DNA of 64,000 nucleotides from an uncultured Hormoscilla sp. (GTDB lineage: Bacteria > Cyanobacteriota > Cyanobacteriia > Cyanobacteriales > Desertifilaceae). Made by a program: the position numbers and the translations under genes. The notes below the pieces were generated by a model. The model searched no databases and was not told the origin of the DNA. It saw only the letters and a program-made list of their open reading frames with translations. The DNA is taken from positions 2,048,001 to 2,112,000 of the forward strand of contig OZ001293.3 of NCBI GenBank assembly GCA_963921275.4, written 5' to 3'. Every line of letters begins with the position of its first letter. The stretch's first letter is position 1. Positions 31,314 to 42,182 of the stretch are shown piece by piece.

Positions 31314-31670
31314 CTATCTCCTGTAGTCTTCCCAATATTCGATCGCTTTGCGAATGTCTTGCTGTTGAGTGCTTTTATCTCCGCCACAAAGAAGAAGTAC
31401 AATCCTAGTTCCGATTTGGACAAAATAGATTCTGTAGCCAGGACCATAGTCAATTCTGAATTCGCAAACTCCTGCTCCAACGGAACGATAGTCCACTAGA
31501 TTGCCAAGAGCAATTCGCCTCAGCCTTGCCTTTATTATGTTTTTAGCTTTGGAATCTCGAAGGGCATTAAGCCACTCTTCAAAAGGACTTCTTTCATCGA
31601 GGGTCTGGTAGTTTTCGATTTCCAGTGGTTGTGCTGACATGATTTGATTATAGCTGATTATCCGCACCAA
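31314..31670 (-). CDS. RelE/ParE-family addiction-module killer protein
   Basis: PFEEWL..LRD..AK..I.ARL.R..GN, RIDYGPGYRIYF and LLLCGGDKSTQQQDI. Confidence 0.88.
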   Translation of the reverse strand: MVRIISYNQIMSAQPLEIENYQTLDERSPFEEWLNALRDSKAKNIIKARLRRIALGNLVDYRSVGAGVCEFRIDYGPGYRIYFVQIGTRIVLLLCGGDKSTQQQDIRKAIEYWEDYRR

Positions 31671-31759
31671 GGATAAGCGATCGCATTTTTTGATTAGATC
31701 GCCATGTGCTGCTAAACTATAAATGGTTCACTATAGGCGATCGCTCCTTTTCTTTTAAT

Positions 31760-34222
31760 TTAGCTCAAGTCAATGCCTAGGAAGCGGTCCAAAAGTCGGG
31801 AACGCCAGACATGGCGCAGCACTAAACACCATATCAGTGCGATCGCACCTAAGAACAAATAGTCGATCGGGCTCAGCAGGGACAGCTCGAAAAATTCCCG
31901 CAGGGGCTTCACAGCCAAAATGATCCCATAGATCCCGATCAGGATCGAAGCGACGATCGAATAGCGCCAGTCCCCACTCAGGAGTTCGCCCCCTACCCAT
32001 GCTCTCGTCGGAGGCTTGAGAAAAGGTATCAGCAGCAGCCCGCACAATACCAATATTGTCACCAGAGCGCTGCGGGGAACTGACAGCAGCCGATCGTCTA
32101 GCATCCATCCAGAGTGAGCAGAAGCCTGAAAAATTACAGCCACCAAGTAGCCCAGATATACCCCCAGAGCTACCAAGGTCAGGGTTAACATGGCTGGCAG
32201 GGTAAAATGAAGCAGCGATCGCATCAGGCTGCGCTGGGGTAGATGTCCCGGCTTTGCCCAAAGGGGAATGCTGAAGCTAGGCCACGCCAAGCCCAAAATC
32301 GTGACCACAGCGCTATGCTTGTTCAGCAGCGGAAAGGTGAAACTGACCAAACCCGTAGAAAAAATCAGCAGCGTCACAGAAAACACCCTCACCATGAACA
32401 GCTTCATCACATCCTGAATGCCATTGCGGATGCGCTGTCCTTCCTGGAAAGTATAGGGTAAAGTCCCAAAGGAATCCTTCAGCAGGACAATATCAGCTAC
32501 ATTCCGGGTAGCCTTACTGCCGCTTTCCATGGCAATGGCTAAGTTCGCCTGCTTGAGGGACAAGACATCGTTCACCCCATCCCCGATCATCGCCACGTAA
32601 TTTCCCTGCTGGCGCAGAGTCTGTACTAGCTTAGCTTTTTGCTCGGGGAGGATCCGACCAAAGATCGTACCTCTAAGGGCCGCCTCGGCGAACTGGGCTT
32701 CATCCATCTGGGCCAATTCCGGTCCCGAGATAATTTCGGTTGGTTGGTTTAGTCCCATCTGTCTCACCAATGCCGCCACCGTTTGCGGGTTGTCACCGGA
32801 GATAATTTTCACCTCAATGCCTGCCTCAGCAAAGCGATCGAGAGTTTTGCGGGCTAAGGAGCGCAACTCGTCGCTGAAGCTGACTATCCCCAGGGGGGTG
32901 AGGTGTTCCGGTAAGCAGGGTTGGTCGGCAACATTGCCTATAGAGGTAATCCCAGCGCTGTAAACAAACAGAAGTACGCGCCACCCCTGTTCGGCTAATG
33001 CCTCGATCTGTGCTGTCAGTTCTCGGCTCTCCGGGACAGCAGCAGCCAGCATTTCCGGAGCCCCCAGCACGTAAACGCCGCCGCAGTCAAAAGCCAGGGC
33101 ACTCCACTTGCGGGCGGAAGAGAAAGGAACCTCAGCTTCGACAACTCTGGTCCGTCCCGGACAAGCCTCACCAATAGCCTCAGTGGTGCGGTTTTTCGTG
33201 GTAGTGCTAGCGGCGTAATCACCCAAGAGTCCCCGCAGTTCCCTCTCGCTGATGCCAATAGGGTAAACAGCATCCAGCTTAATCCGGTTAGCAGTTAGGG
33301 TGCCAGTTTTGTCCAGACAGAGTACGTTCACATTGCTCAATGACTCCACTGCATTCGCCTGCTGGATTAGCACCTGCTGCCCTACCATCCGTAATGCCCC
33401 CAGGGTGTAGGCCATGATGATTGTCATGTACAGCCCGCTGGGCACTAACCCGGCGATCACTGCTGCTCTCTGTACGCCATCGGCAAAGGAGATGATATTG
33501 ATTGCTGTCGGAATGGCAACTAAAATCCACAGAAAGCAGGCCACTAAGAGAAAAACCCGAATTATCAGGTTAATTTCCTGCTGAAGCGGAGTATGCATCT
33601 GGCGAAAGGCCCGGGCCCCGACTGTCAATTGATAAGCCCGACTCTGGGTGCCCACTTTTTCAGCCTCGCAGTAGGCACTGCCATTGACACAGAAGCTGCC
33701 AGAATAAACTGGATCTTTAGCTTGTTTAGGAATCAGGTCCGACTCGCCAGTCAGTAGAGACTCGTCCACCTCCATGGGCCCGGAACCAATGACCTGTCCA
33801 TCCACCATAATCTGATCCCCCGGAGAGATATACAGTATATCTCCGAGTACAATTTCGCTCGGATCTATGCTTTGCTCTCGTCCAGAACGGATGACGGTCA
33901 CTTTGGGGCGGAAGAGCAAGGCGATCTGATCCAGTTTGCGTTTCGCTGCCATCTCCTGAACTACGTTGACCACTACACCCCCCAGGATGACCACCACTAC
34001 CAGGAATGCATCGCCGAATTGTTCCAGCTTAATCAGTACCAGGCCGATGGTCAGGAAAACCGCGTTGATGAAGGTAAACAGGTTCTCCCGCAGAATTTGG
34101 CAATAGGAACGGCTAGTTGATAACTTGACATTATTGCCCTGGCCCGCCGCACGGCGTGAGACTACCTCGCGATCGCTCAAACCTTGTAGACCCGACTTGT
34201 GCTTGACATCAGAGTTATTCAT
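31760..34222 (-). CDS. Cation-translocating P-type ATPase (CtpE-like)
   Basis: LTGES, CLDKTGTLT, ISGDNP and MIGDGVND. Confidence 0.92.
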   Translation of the reverse strand: MNNSDVKHKSGLQGLSDREVVSRRAAGQGNNVKLSTSRSYCQILRENLFTFINAVFLTIGLVLIKLEQFGDAFLVVVVILGGVVVNVVQEMAAKRKLDQIALLFRPKVTVIRSGREQSIDPSEIVLGDILYISPGDQIMVDGQVIGSGPMEVDESLLTGESDLIPKQAKDPVYSGSFCVNGSAYCEAEKVGTQSRAYQLTVGARAFRQMHTPLQQEINLIIRVFLLVACFLWILVAIPTAINIISFADGVQRAAVIAGLVPSGLYMTIIMAYTLGALRMVGQQVLIQQANAVESLSNVNVLCLDKTGTLTANRIKLDAVYPIGISERELRGLLGDYAASTTTKNRTTEAIGEACPGRTRVVEAEVPFSSARKWSALAFDCGGVYVLGAPEMLAAAVPESRELTAQIEALAEQGWRVLLFVYSAGITSIGNVADQPCLPEHLTPLGIVSFSDELRSLARKTLDRFAEAGIEVKIISGDNPQTVAALVRQMGLNQPTEIISGPELAQMDEAQFAEAALRGTIFGRILPEQKAKLVQTLRQQGNYVAMIGDGVNDVLSLKQANLAIAMESGSKATRNVADIVLLKDSFGTLPYTFQEGQRIRNGIQDVMKLFMVRVFSVTLLIFSTGLVSFTFPLLNKHSAVVTILGLAWPSFSIPLWAKPGHLPQRSLMRSLLHFTLPAMLTLTLVALGVYLGYLVAVIFQASAHSGWMLDDRLLSVPRSALVTILVLCGLLLIPFLKPPTRAWVGGELLSGDWRYSIVASILIGIYGIILAVKPLREFFELSLLSPIDYLFLGAIALIWCLVLRHVWRSRLLDRFLGIDLS

Positions 34223-34907
34223 ATCTAATGTGTCTGGGTGACGATTTATGTTTGACTAGCTCCATGCCGTTTAACCCTGAGAACCATAATTCATTGTTCC
34301 TCAATTGTCCTAATCGCGCAGCGTGGCGCAGCCATTCGCTTCTTTCGTCCATACCCCACATCACAAGAAAAGGCACACCCAGCCCCAAGAGCAAGTTTAG
34401 TCCCAACCAAGCCAGGGAAGTAGACTGGTTCCAACCGTGAATGAAAAAGCCCTGTTTGGTCATCGAGTACAGTGCATCCCACAGCAAATGCGCAGACATG
34501 CCTACAGATAGACCAAATGCCCCATCTCGCAACCATTTCCAGGCTGGCGACCTGCTGGGATGCATCCTCCACAAGCTAGTGAAGAGCAAACTGACTGGCA
34601 GCAACACAGAGTGAAACATCCAACTGCGGTGCAGCAGGAATCTCCATCTGGTCCAGTTATACAAAGGAATATCCCAATCTGGCACTGCCATAAAAAAGAG
34701 GTCACCAGACAAAACCGGGACATGCAGCTTGCGAAAAATGAACAAGCCACTTGCTCCCCAAATTAACATAACGAAGAACCAGATGGGATTAACTCGGCGC
34801 ACCCCAGTTGGGGCGTAGCGTTCGGTCAGCTGCCAAAACCCCACAGCCACAGCTAGGCCAACCACAAAATGCATCAGCTTGTCGGTAGATAGGTACATAG
34901 GCCGCAA
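34215..34907 (-). CDS. Hypothetical membrane protein
   Basis: Multiple TM segments with DK..HF, PDWD, HRSWMFHS and HLLWD motifs (metal-hydrolase-like); overlaps the ATPase start. Confidence 0.65.
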   Translation of the reverse strand: MRPMYLSTDKLMHFVVGLAVAVGFWQLTERYAPTGVRRVNPIWFFVMLIWGASGLFIFRKLHVPVLSGDLFFMAVPDWDIPLYNWTRWRFLLHRSWMFHSVLLPVSLLFTSLWRMHPSRSPAWKWLRDGAFGLSVGMSAHLLWDALYSMTKQGFFIHGWNQSTSLAWLGLNLLLGLGVPFLVMWGMDERSEWLRHAARLGQLRNNELWFSGLNGMELVKHKSSPRHIRYE

Positions 34908-35039
34908 TTTGTCTTATGGATTCAAGCTTACTGTACCCTTTGCTGATGCTGGATGGGTTGCCTAGGAGCTGAAAATGCCATCTTTTATTATACTCTATTA
35001 TCAACTATTACTGTGACTTGTCCCACTATTATCAGTGTT

Positions 35040-35660
35040 TTCAGTCACATATAAGTTTTCCCCACCAAAGCTGACCGATATGGACCCCTAGGCCTGCCCC
35101 GCAATCTTGTCAGATTCACTCTCCGAAGATGAGAAAGAGGCGATCGATCGGATGCTGCGGTCTGTACGCAAAGGACGGATCTTGCTGGTAGATGAACTCT
35201 CGGCAGTGAACAACTACACCCCCAGGTGGTCAGGTTCAGATCTATAGGGACCGGTATTTATATGTGGGGCTGGTGTCTTTTGTTTTAAGGTAGAGTTCAA
35301 GGCACAAGACGATGTTACCAGTTAAACTGCTTCGCTGCGGCCTGTCTGACCTCTTCGAGCAAGTCGTGAGAACCAGCAAGTCGTGAGAACCAGCTGCATC
35401 ACCAAAGCTGCTCGGGTCTCCTGTACTTATAGTGATAAGTACAACTTATATATACGCCAAATCAAGGGTTTCAGCCTTTTTCGACCACCTATTTTGTATC
35501 CGGCGATACATTTATCACCAAAAACCCAGGAGAGCCAGCTGCTCAATTTAGATGAGAAAGACACTACGAGACCCATGTGGCTTTCTGTACGCACAAAGGA
35601 CGGATCGCGCTGGTAGATGAACTCTCGGCAGTGAAGAACAACCCCCACTGGGTGACCAGG
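35040..35660 (+). pseudogene. Two decayed tandem copies of a small cyanobacterial protein
   Basis: TKADRYG..LSEDEKEAIDRMLRSVRKGRILLVDELSAV (35065-35215), and a second copy DLFEQVVRTS..CITKAAR..GRIALVDELSAV broken by a 17-bp duplication and the 85-bp element. Confidence 0.55.
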
Positions 35661-35892
35661 TTGATCGCCATCAACTTAATCGGTTCAACCCACTATGATA
35701 TTGATTCCGGGTGCATTTGTTGGCTATTTGACAATTGTTAATTGAGCAATTGTTAATTGAAAATTGAGAAAGGTAGATTTCTTTACGACCAACTGAAAAT
35801 TGAAAATTGACAACTGACAACTGACCACCGACAACTGACCACTGAATTCATATCCATTCCCAAGAAGCCATTTGCCATTCGCTTCGCGGCCA

Positions 35893-36327
35893 TTACGTTG
35901 CTTTTACCCTCATATTGGTGGTCATAAACGTTCCATTGCCCGAATATTGGGGAGTAGAGTCGGGAATGGGTGGAGTCGGTCCCTTCGGCGGTTGCATTGC
36001 TGGCACCATGACTTGAAACTTGGCCTTGAAGGTACTACCCTTGAGCAAAACTGCCTTGCCGCCGGATTTGGTTTTCTTGGCTTTTTGATTCCCGGCTAGA
36101 GAGTCGATCGTCAGGGTGCCTACACCGGGAATGCTATACACTGGTGTCATGTAGGCGCAGCCGGGGACGATGACTTTTTTCTCATCCCCATCCACACAAA
36201 TCGGTTTCTTGTTAATTGTACCTTTGCCAGTGCCAGCAAGAATACCGGGTACTGGTACTACCGTTGCTGCTCCAAAGGTGGGGGTGAATAGGGCTTGGTC
36301 GCCCGTGGTTAAAATAAAATCAGCCAT
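35893..36327 (-). CDS. Contractile injection system spike-tip (PAAR-like, Pvc10/Afp10-type) protein
   Basis: MADFIL..GD...F.PTFGAA.V, K..CV.GDEK.V.VPGC.Y.TP.Y.IPG.GTL.I and F.A.F.V..PA..P; 144 aa. Confidence 0.75.
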   Translation of the reverse strand: MADFILTTGDQALFTPTFGAATVVPVPGILAGTGKGTINKKPICVDGDEKKVIVPGCAYMTPVYSIPGVGTLTIDSLAGNQKAKKTKSGGKAVLLKGSTFKAKFQVMVPAMQPPKGPTPPIPDSTPQYSGNGTFMTTNMRVKAT

Positions 36328-36586
36328 TGTGTCAGTTCCGTAGGGCGGGCGGATCGCCTGCCAGTCAGTGGTCAGTTCCGTAGGGCGGGCGGATCGCCTG
36401 CCAGTCAGTGGTCAGTTGTCAATGCCAGAATTTTCAGTTGGTCGTGAGTAGACTATAGCAAACGCGATCGCCCCATGTCAACCAAGCTGCCAGAGATGCA
36501 TGCGATCGGGCCCGAGGACGCCACTACTGGGGATTCCTACTCAAACCTTAATTCATTATTAAAATTGCTGATCAATCGCCAATTCG

Positions 36587-36629
36587 GTAACAAAGAATAC
36601 AGTTATTTCCTGGCTTAGCGTCATAAGAT
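36587..36629 (+). promoter_or_regulatory. NtcA-type promoter of the urt operon
   Basis: GTA-ACAAAGAA-TAC (36587-36600), then TAAGAT 23 nt downstream, just before urtA. Confidence 0.75.
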
Positions 36630-36664
36630 CGCCCTCTAGTCTCGAACAGGAGTAGAGTAGCAGG

Positions 36665-37930
36665 ATGATAAGTAGAGTTAGTCGGCGTAAATTTATCTTA
36701 TATAGTTCTGCCGCCCTGGGAACGAGCCTTCTCCTGAAAGCTTGCGGTGGTGATCTAAGTAGCAACTCAGATACTATCAAGGTGGGAATTCTGCACTCCC
36801 TCAGCGGCACGATGGCCATTAGCGAACAGAGTGTGGTGGATGCCGAACAGTTGGCAATTGAGGAGATCAACGCTGCTGGTGGGGTCTTGGGTAAGCAAAT
36901 TCAGCCAATTGTCGAAGATGGTGCTTCTGACTGGCCGACCTTTGCGGAGAAGGCCAGAAAGCTGATCGATCGGGATAAGGTGGTGGCGGTTTTCGGTTGC
37001 TGGACATCGGCCAGTCGCAAGGCGGTGCTGCCAGTGTTTGAAGAGAAAAAACACATGCTCTGGTATCCCGTACAGTACGAAGGGCAGGAATGTTCCAATA
37101 ACATCTTTTATACGGGGGCAGCACCAAATCAGCAAATTGAGCCTTCGGTGGATTGGTTGTTAGCAAATAAGGGCAAAAGGTTCTTTTTGGTGGGGTCGGA
37201 CTATGTTTTCCCCCGCACCGCTAATACGATCATTAAGGCACAGTTGAAGGCCAAGGGCGGTACAACGGTAGGGGAAGATTACCTCCCCCTGGGTAACACG
37301 GAAGTTACAGCGATCATTACTAAAATTAGACAGGCCCTTCCTAATGGCGGTGCGATCTACAATACTCTCAATGGTGACAGCAATGTGGCATTCTTCAAGC
37401 AGATGCAAGGGGCGGGTTTAGGACCGGATAAGTATCCGGTGATGTCCGTGAGTATTGCTGAAGAAGAAGTAAAGGCGATCGGGGTTACCTACCTGAAAGG
37501 TCACTACGCGGCCTGGAATTATTTCCAAACTGTGAATACCCCTGCGAATAAGAAGTTTGTGGAGGCGTTTAAGGCTAAGTACGGTCAAAACCGGGTGACG
37601 AATGACCCCATGGAAGCGGCTTACATTGGGGTTTATATGTGGAAGCAGGCGGTAGAAAAGGCGGGGACTGCTGAGGATCTAGAAGCGGTCCGCAAAGCAG
37701 CTTACGGTCTGACTTTTGACGCGCCGGAAGGGAAGGTGACGATGACACCAAATCATCACCTTGCTAAATGGGTGCGAATTGGTAAGATCCGTGATGATGG
37801 GATGTTTGAGATTGTTAATTCCACTAAATCAGCTGTCGATCCCATTCCCTGGAATCAATTTGTGGCGGAAACGAAGGGCTTTGCTTGTGACTGGTCCGAC
37901 CCGAATAAGGGCGGTAAGTATAAGGTTTGA
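36665..37930 (+). CDS. urtA: Urea ABC transporter substrate-binding protein
   Basis: SRRKF lipoprotein signal, [28 protein letters not shown] and YPVQYEGQE. Confidence 0.95.
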   Translation: MISRVSRRKFILYSSAALGTSLLLKACGGDLSSNSDTIKVGILHSLSGTMAISEQSVVDAEQLAIEEINAAGGVLGKQIQPIVEDGASDWPTFAEKARKLIDRDKVVAVFGCWTSASRKAVLPVFEEKKHMLWYPVQYEGQECSNNIFYTGAAPNQQIEPSVDWLLANKGKRFFLVGSDYVFPRTANTIIKAQLKAKGGTTVGEDYLPLGNTEVTAIITKIRQALPNGGAIYNTLNGDSNVAFFKQMQGAGLGPDKYPVMSVSIAEEEVKAIGVTYLKGHYAAWNYFQTVNTPANKKFVEAFKAKYGQNRVTNDPMEAAYIGVYMWKQAVEKAGTAEDLEAVRKAAYGLTFDAPEGKVTMTPNHHLAKWVRIGKIRDDGMFEIVNSTKSAVDPIPWNQFVAETKGFACDWSDPNKGGKYKV

Positions 37931-38507
37931 ATTGGCGGGTGGGCACCTTATATGTTGTGACTTGATAGAGTTACTCAAACCCTTATTACCCTCGTTCCCA
38001 GGGTCTCCCTGGGAATGAGAAACCCTTATTACCCTCATTTCCAGGGTCTCCCTGGGAATGAGAAGTCTGAGGCTCTGCCTCCTGTCAATTATTGAGACCT
38101 TGAGGCTGAGCCTCAACCGGAAGTGACCAGGGAGATCCTGGTCACTAGAGAAACCTTTATAAGGGAGGCAGGGGGGATCGGAATCTTGGCAACTGGTTCT
38201 GACCACGCCCGAATGGAGAATGGAGATGGGATGAAGCATTACTAAGATTAACAGCTAACAATTAATAGCATTTTTGTTAAATATATGATAGACTTGACTA
38301 GAGCATCGAGTAGAAACTAGAAACCGGGTTGGTTGTCAAGATGACAACGAGATATCAATGCTTTTATCAGAGAAAGCCGGTTTCTTGACCGACGTTATAG
38401 GCACGGGTTCTCTCGGAGGCAGGAGCCTCAGAAGACCGTTACCAGGTAGAACCTGGGAACAAGAAGGTAGCCGTTTTTTCTAGATCGCAATAACAGAGAG
38501 GAGGAAA

Positions 38508-39677
38508 GTGGAATTACTGTTAGAAGGAATATTTAATGGGATTAGTATTGGGGCGGTTTTGCTGATCGCGGCCCTGGGTTTGGCGATCGCATTCGGGCTG
38601 ATGGGGGTGATTAATTTAGCCCACGGGGAGTTGATGATGCTGGGGGCCTATACGACTTTTGTGGTGCAAAATGGCTTCAAGTTGCTGGGCGGTTCTCTGT
38701 TTGAAATTTACATTTTTGTGGCTTTACCGGCGGCTTTTCTCGTGGCAGCAGCAGTAGGTTTGCTGTTAGAAAGAGCGGTGATTAAATATCTTTACGGACG
38801 CCCTTTGGAGACCCTGTTAGCAACTTGGGGGGTGAGTCTGATTTTGCAGCAGTTTGTCCGCAGTGTCAGCTGGCAGATGGTGATTGGCATTCTGCTGTTT
38901 TGCTTGCTATTTTGGGGCGGGTTATGGATAATATCTCGCCAGCGGTCAGATTTCGCTCGCATTCGCAATTGGGTATTATCGATCGTGTTACCATTGTCGG
39001 CGGGAATAGCAGGGGCGACGGCGGCTTTGCTAGGGCAGGTTTTTAAGTTGGCAGTCACTCAACCTTGGTTTGGGGCCCAAAATGTGGACGTGACGGCACC
39101 GGAATGGTTGCGGGGTGGCTTGCTACTGCCCCTCGGAAATAATTTTCAACTGTCTTATGTGAGGCTGTTTATAATTGGGCTCACGGTCCTTTGTATTGTC
39201 GGCATTTATCTGTTCTTGCAGCGATCGTCCTGGGGTTTGCGGATCCGGGCGGTGACCCAAAACCGCAGCATGAGTGCCTGTTTGGGCATTCCGACTAATA
39301 AGGTTGACGCCCTGAGTTTTGCCTTGGGTTCGGGGTTGGCAGGGGTGGCGGGTTGCGCTATCAGTTTGCTGGGTTCTGTGGGACCAAATACGGGACAAAA
39401 TTATATCGTGGATGCTTTTATGGTGGTGGTTGTAGGGGGCGTGGGAAAACTGGTGGGCAGCATTGTGGCGGCGATCGCGATCGGGACGACTAGCTACTTG
39501 ATCGGTTCTGGTACAATTGCTTTAATGGTAACGGAGATTAAGCCTCTGACTGATTTCTTGACTTTCTTTGCTACAACCAGTATGGCCAGGGTGATGGTAT
39601 TTGCCCTGATAATTGCTTTTCTGCAAGTTCGCCCCGCTGGCATGTTTCCTCAGAAAGGTCGGACTGTTGATGCTTAG
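38508..39677 (+). CDS. urtB: Urea ABC transporter permease
   Basis: FGLMGVINLAHGE, LYGRPLETLLATWG and GLRIRAVTQNR. Confidence 0.95.
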   Translation: MELLLEGIFNGISIGAVLLIAALGLAIAFGLMGVINLAHGELMMLGAYTTFVVQNGFKLLGGSLFEIYIFVALPAAFLVAAAVGLLLERAVIKYLYGRPLETLLATWGVSLILQQFVRSVSWQMVIGILLFCLLFWGGLWIISRQRSDFARIRNWVLSIVLPLSAGIAGATAALLGQVFKLAVTQPWFGAQNVDVTAPEWLRGGLLLPLGNNFQLSYVRLFIIGLTVLCIVGIYLFLQRSSWGLRIRAVTQNRSMSACLGIPTNKVDALSFALGSGLAGVAGCAISLLGSVGPNTGQNYIVDAFMVVVVGGVGKLVGSIVAAIAIGTTSYLIGSGTIALMVTEIKPLTDFLTFFATTSMARVMVFALIIAFLQVRPAGMFPQKGRTVDA

Positions 39678-39688
39678 AGCCTAATATA

Positions 39689-40876
39689 ATGCTAGATTTA
39701 GTTTTAGGGAAAGGGATTAGAAAAAAGGGCCAAGGCCGCAAGCTATTGCTGATGGAGATGGCAGTGGTGGCGGCGATCGCCTTGCTGCTAATCTTAATTA
39801 TGCCAGTGATGCTGTCGGAGTTTCGCCTGAACTTGCTGGGGCGTTTTCTGGCTTTGGCGATCTCCGCCCTGGGCATTGACCTGATTTGGGGCTATACTGG
39901 TATGCTAAGTCTGGGGCATGGGGTCTTCTTTGCCTTGGGCGGATATGCGATCGCTATGCACATCAAGCTGGAAATACCGGCGGATGCGGCCACGCAACTG
40001 CCAGAATTCATGAGTCTGTACGGAGTCACGGAATTACCCTGGTTTTGGCAACCATTTGACTCCTTTTTCTTTGCTACCGCTGCTGTGGTCATTATTCCAG
40101 CTATCCTGGGGGCAATTCTGGGCTATCTGGTATTCCGCAACCGCATCCGGGGAGTTTATTTTTCCATTCTCACCCAAGCGGCAACTATTGTGTTTTTTAA
40201 CTTCTTCAACGGTCAGCAAAAATTAATTAACGGCACTAATGGCTTAACTTCTTTCAAAACTCTTTTGGGTGCCACAGTCAATGACTCCAAAACTCAGTTA
40301 GCATTCTATGCTATCACAGTGCTGTTGCTGGCCGTAACCTATGCTTTATGTCGCTGGCTGACGAGTGGACGCTTTGGACGCTTACTGGTGGCAATTCGGG
40401 ATGATGAAAGTCGCGTGCGTTTTACTGGTTACAACCCGACTGGCTATAAGGTTCTGGTATTTGCGATCTCCGCTGGGTTGGCCGGACTAGCGGGGGCGAT
40501 GTTTACCCTGCAAACTGGGATTATTTCTCCGAAAGCAATGGATATTGCTTTCTCCATTGAAATGGTAATCTGGGTAGCAGTGGGGGGTCGCGCTAGCTTG
40601 GTGGGTGCGGTTCTGGGTACCCTGATTGTTAACTATGGTAAAAGCTTGTTGTCCGAACAGTTTCCCCAAGTGTGGCTGTTCTTTCAGGGGGCTTTATTTT
40701 TGCTGGTCGTGACTGTACTTCCTAATGGTGTCGTTGGTTGGTTGCGCTTTCAGGGCCTGGAGAAAGTGCGATGGCACCTTTTAGGGAAGCAAGTAGTAAC
40801 CTATCCCAGTTTAGAGTCAGACCCAGAAGTGCAGCGGGAACGGGAATTATTAGAAAATGATACAATAGATGATTGA
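39689..40876 (+). CDS. urtC: Urea ABC transporter permease
   Basis: DLIWGYTGMLSLGHG, LPEFM and GRLLVAIRDDESRVRF. Confidence 0.95.
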   Translation: MLDLVLGKGIRKKGQGRKLLLMEMAVVAAIALLLILIMPVMLSEFRLNLLGRFLALAISALGIDLIWGYTGMLSLGHGVFFALGGYAIAMHIKLEIPADAATQLPEFMSLYGVTELPWFWQPFDSFFFATAAVVIIPAILGAILGYLVFRNRIRGVYFSILTQAATIVFFNFFNGQQKLINGTNGLTSFKTLLGATVNDSKTQLAFYAITVLLLAVTYALCRWLTSGRFGRLLVAIRDDESRVRFTGYNPTGYKVLVFAISAGLAGLAGAMFTLQTGIISPKAMDIAFSIEMVIWVAVGGRASLVGAVLGTLIVNYGKSLLSEQFPQVWLFFQGALFLLVVTVLPNGVVGWLRFQGLEKVRWHLLGKQVVTYPSLESDPEVQRERELLENDTIDD

Positions 40877-42182
40877 GAATGTCCAATTGTGAGTCGCGTG
40901 TGGGTTGAGAAACCGCAGGGGGTTCAAACCCCCTGCTAATAGCTTAAGTCGGTTAAAACCGACTAAAAACCATAAAGTCGGTTTGGGTTGAGAAACTGGA
41001 ATGGGGGAAAATTCATAGGGCGCACCCGCACTAACACCCCCACCGTTACTAACACTTGCTCCAAAGGCAGCTTCTCCAGCGACGGTGGCATTTATATCTC
41101 CGTGATTACTGAATAATGTTAAGTCTAAGGGGGCTAAGGTGGTTTTCGCTGGTTAGTGAGCTTATCCCATGAATAGACCAACCCTGTGGTGTGAGCGCAT
41201 TCCGACTGCATCGGACCGGGGCACAGGGTCGCGCGTGTCAATAACGCGATCGTCGGAACTGATAATCTGTCCTAGCCGTGCTTCTACATTATCGGGAGTG
41301 TCTGGTTCTGGTGGCATCAGCATCATCATCTGGGCGTGAGCTGTGCTTCCTGACGAGCACTTCTGTTGCTTGTTACCACGCTATTATCCTAGGGATAACC
41401 AGTTTGGTTATCCCGAATGAGTGATTATGGCACTTGAGGCGATCGGCTGTCAAGGGTTTGTTCGCGTTTGCCTGGACCGAGACAGTCGCAAAGCATTTTC
41501 ACACAAGGCTTTGCGGCTTTTGTAAAGTTTTATTAATGTTGTCAACTAGCACCGGTGCTAGCACCGGTGCTTGCTGCGCATCCAGAAAATTTCCCTATCA
41601 AAAACGATGTCGAGACCTTGCTTACACCAGGGCCGGAGGTGTGAGCCTATGCCTCAGAGACTCATCACCGGTGCATAGGCAAAGATTTACATGCTTATGG
41701 CTTGCTGGATACCTAATACCTCTACAAAATGCGAGTGCCTGCCGGTTCCTTCTACTTCAGTAACCGGCTAATTACTACTATTTACTGAGCAAAAATACTA
41801 ATGCTGTTTACTGCCGGTGAAACGCTTTCAGAAAAAAGGTTGATTTTTTTCGCCTGGATGAAGGGAACTTGACAAACGTGCATGGGTATGCAGTGCGGCA
41901 AAAATAGGTGGATGTTTTTTGCAAAAAGGTGGATAAAGGTGGATTGTCATTCAAAAATGAGCTGGGCTATATTGGGTACAAGCTCAAATAAGCGGGCTGC
42001 TAAGGGCAGTAAACAGGTCACAGCAATGATTTCAGCTTTTCGGCTGGATTGTATTCTGTGAGGAATTCGCACTCTCCAGTTCCGCATGGTTGAGTGTGGG
42101 AATACTAAAACGGTTAGCAAAGTAGTCAATCTCAGCGTGCCGGAGAATAAGTGCTTTCGAGTCCTTTCGGGCAACCATTACC

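Noticed and set aside
40900..42170. Integrase or att sites bounding the cyanobactin island
   Set aside because: Only short palindromes and degraded frames were seen; I found no recognisable recombinase or matching direct repeat at the other edge.
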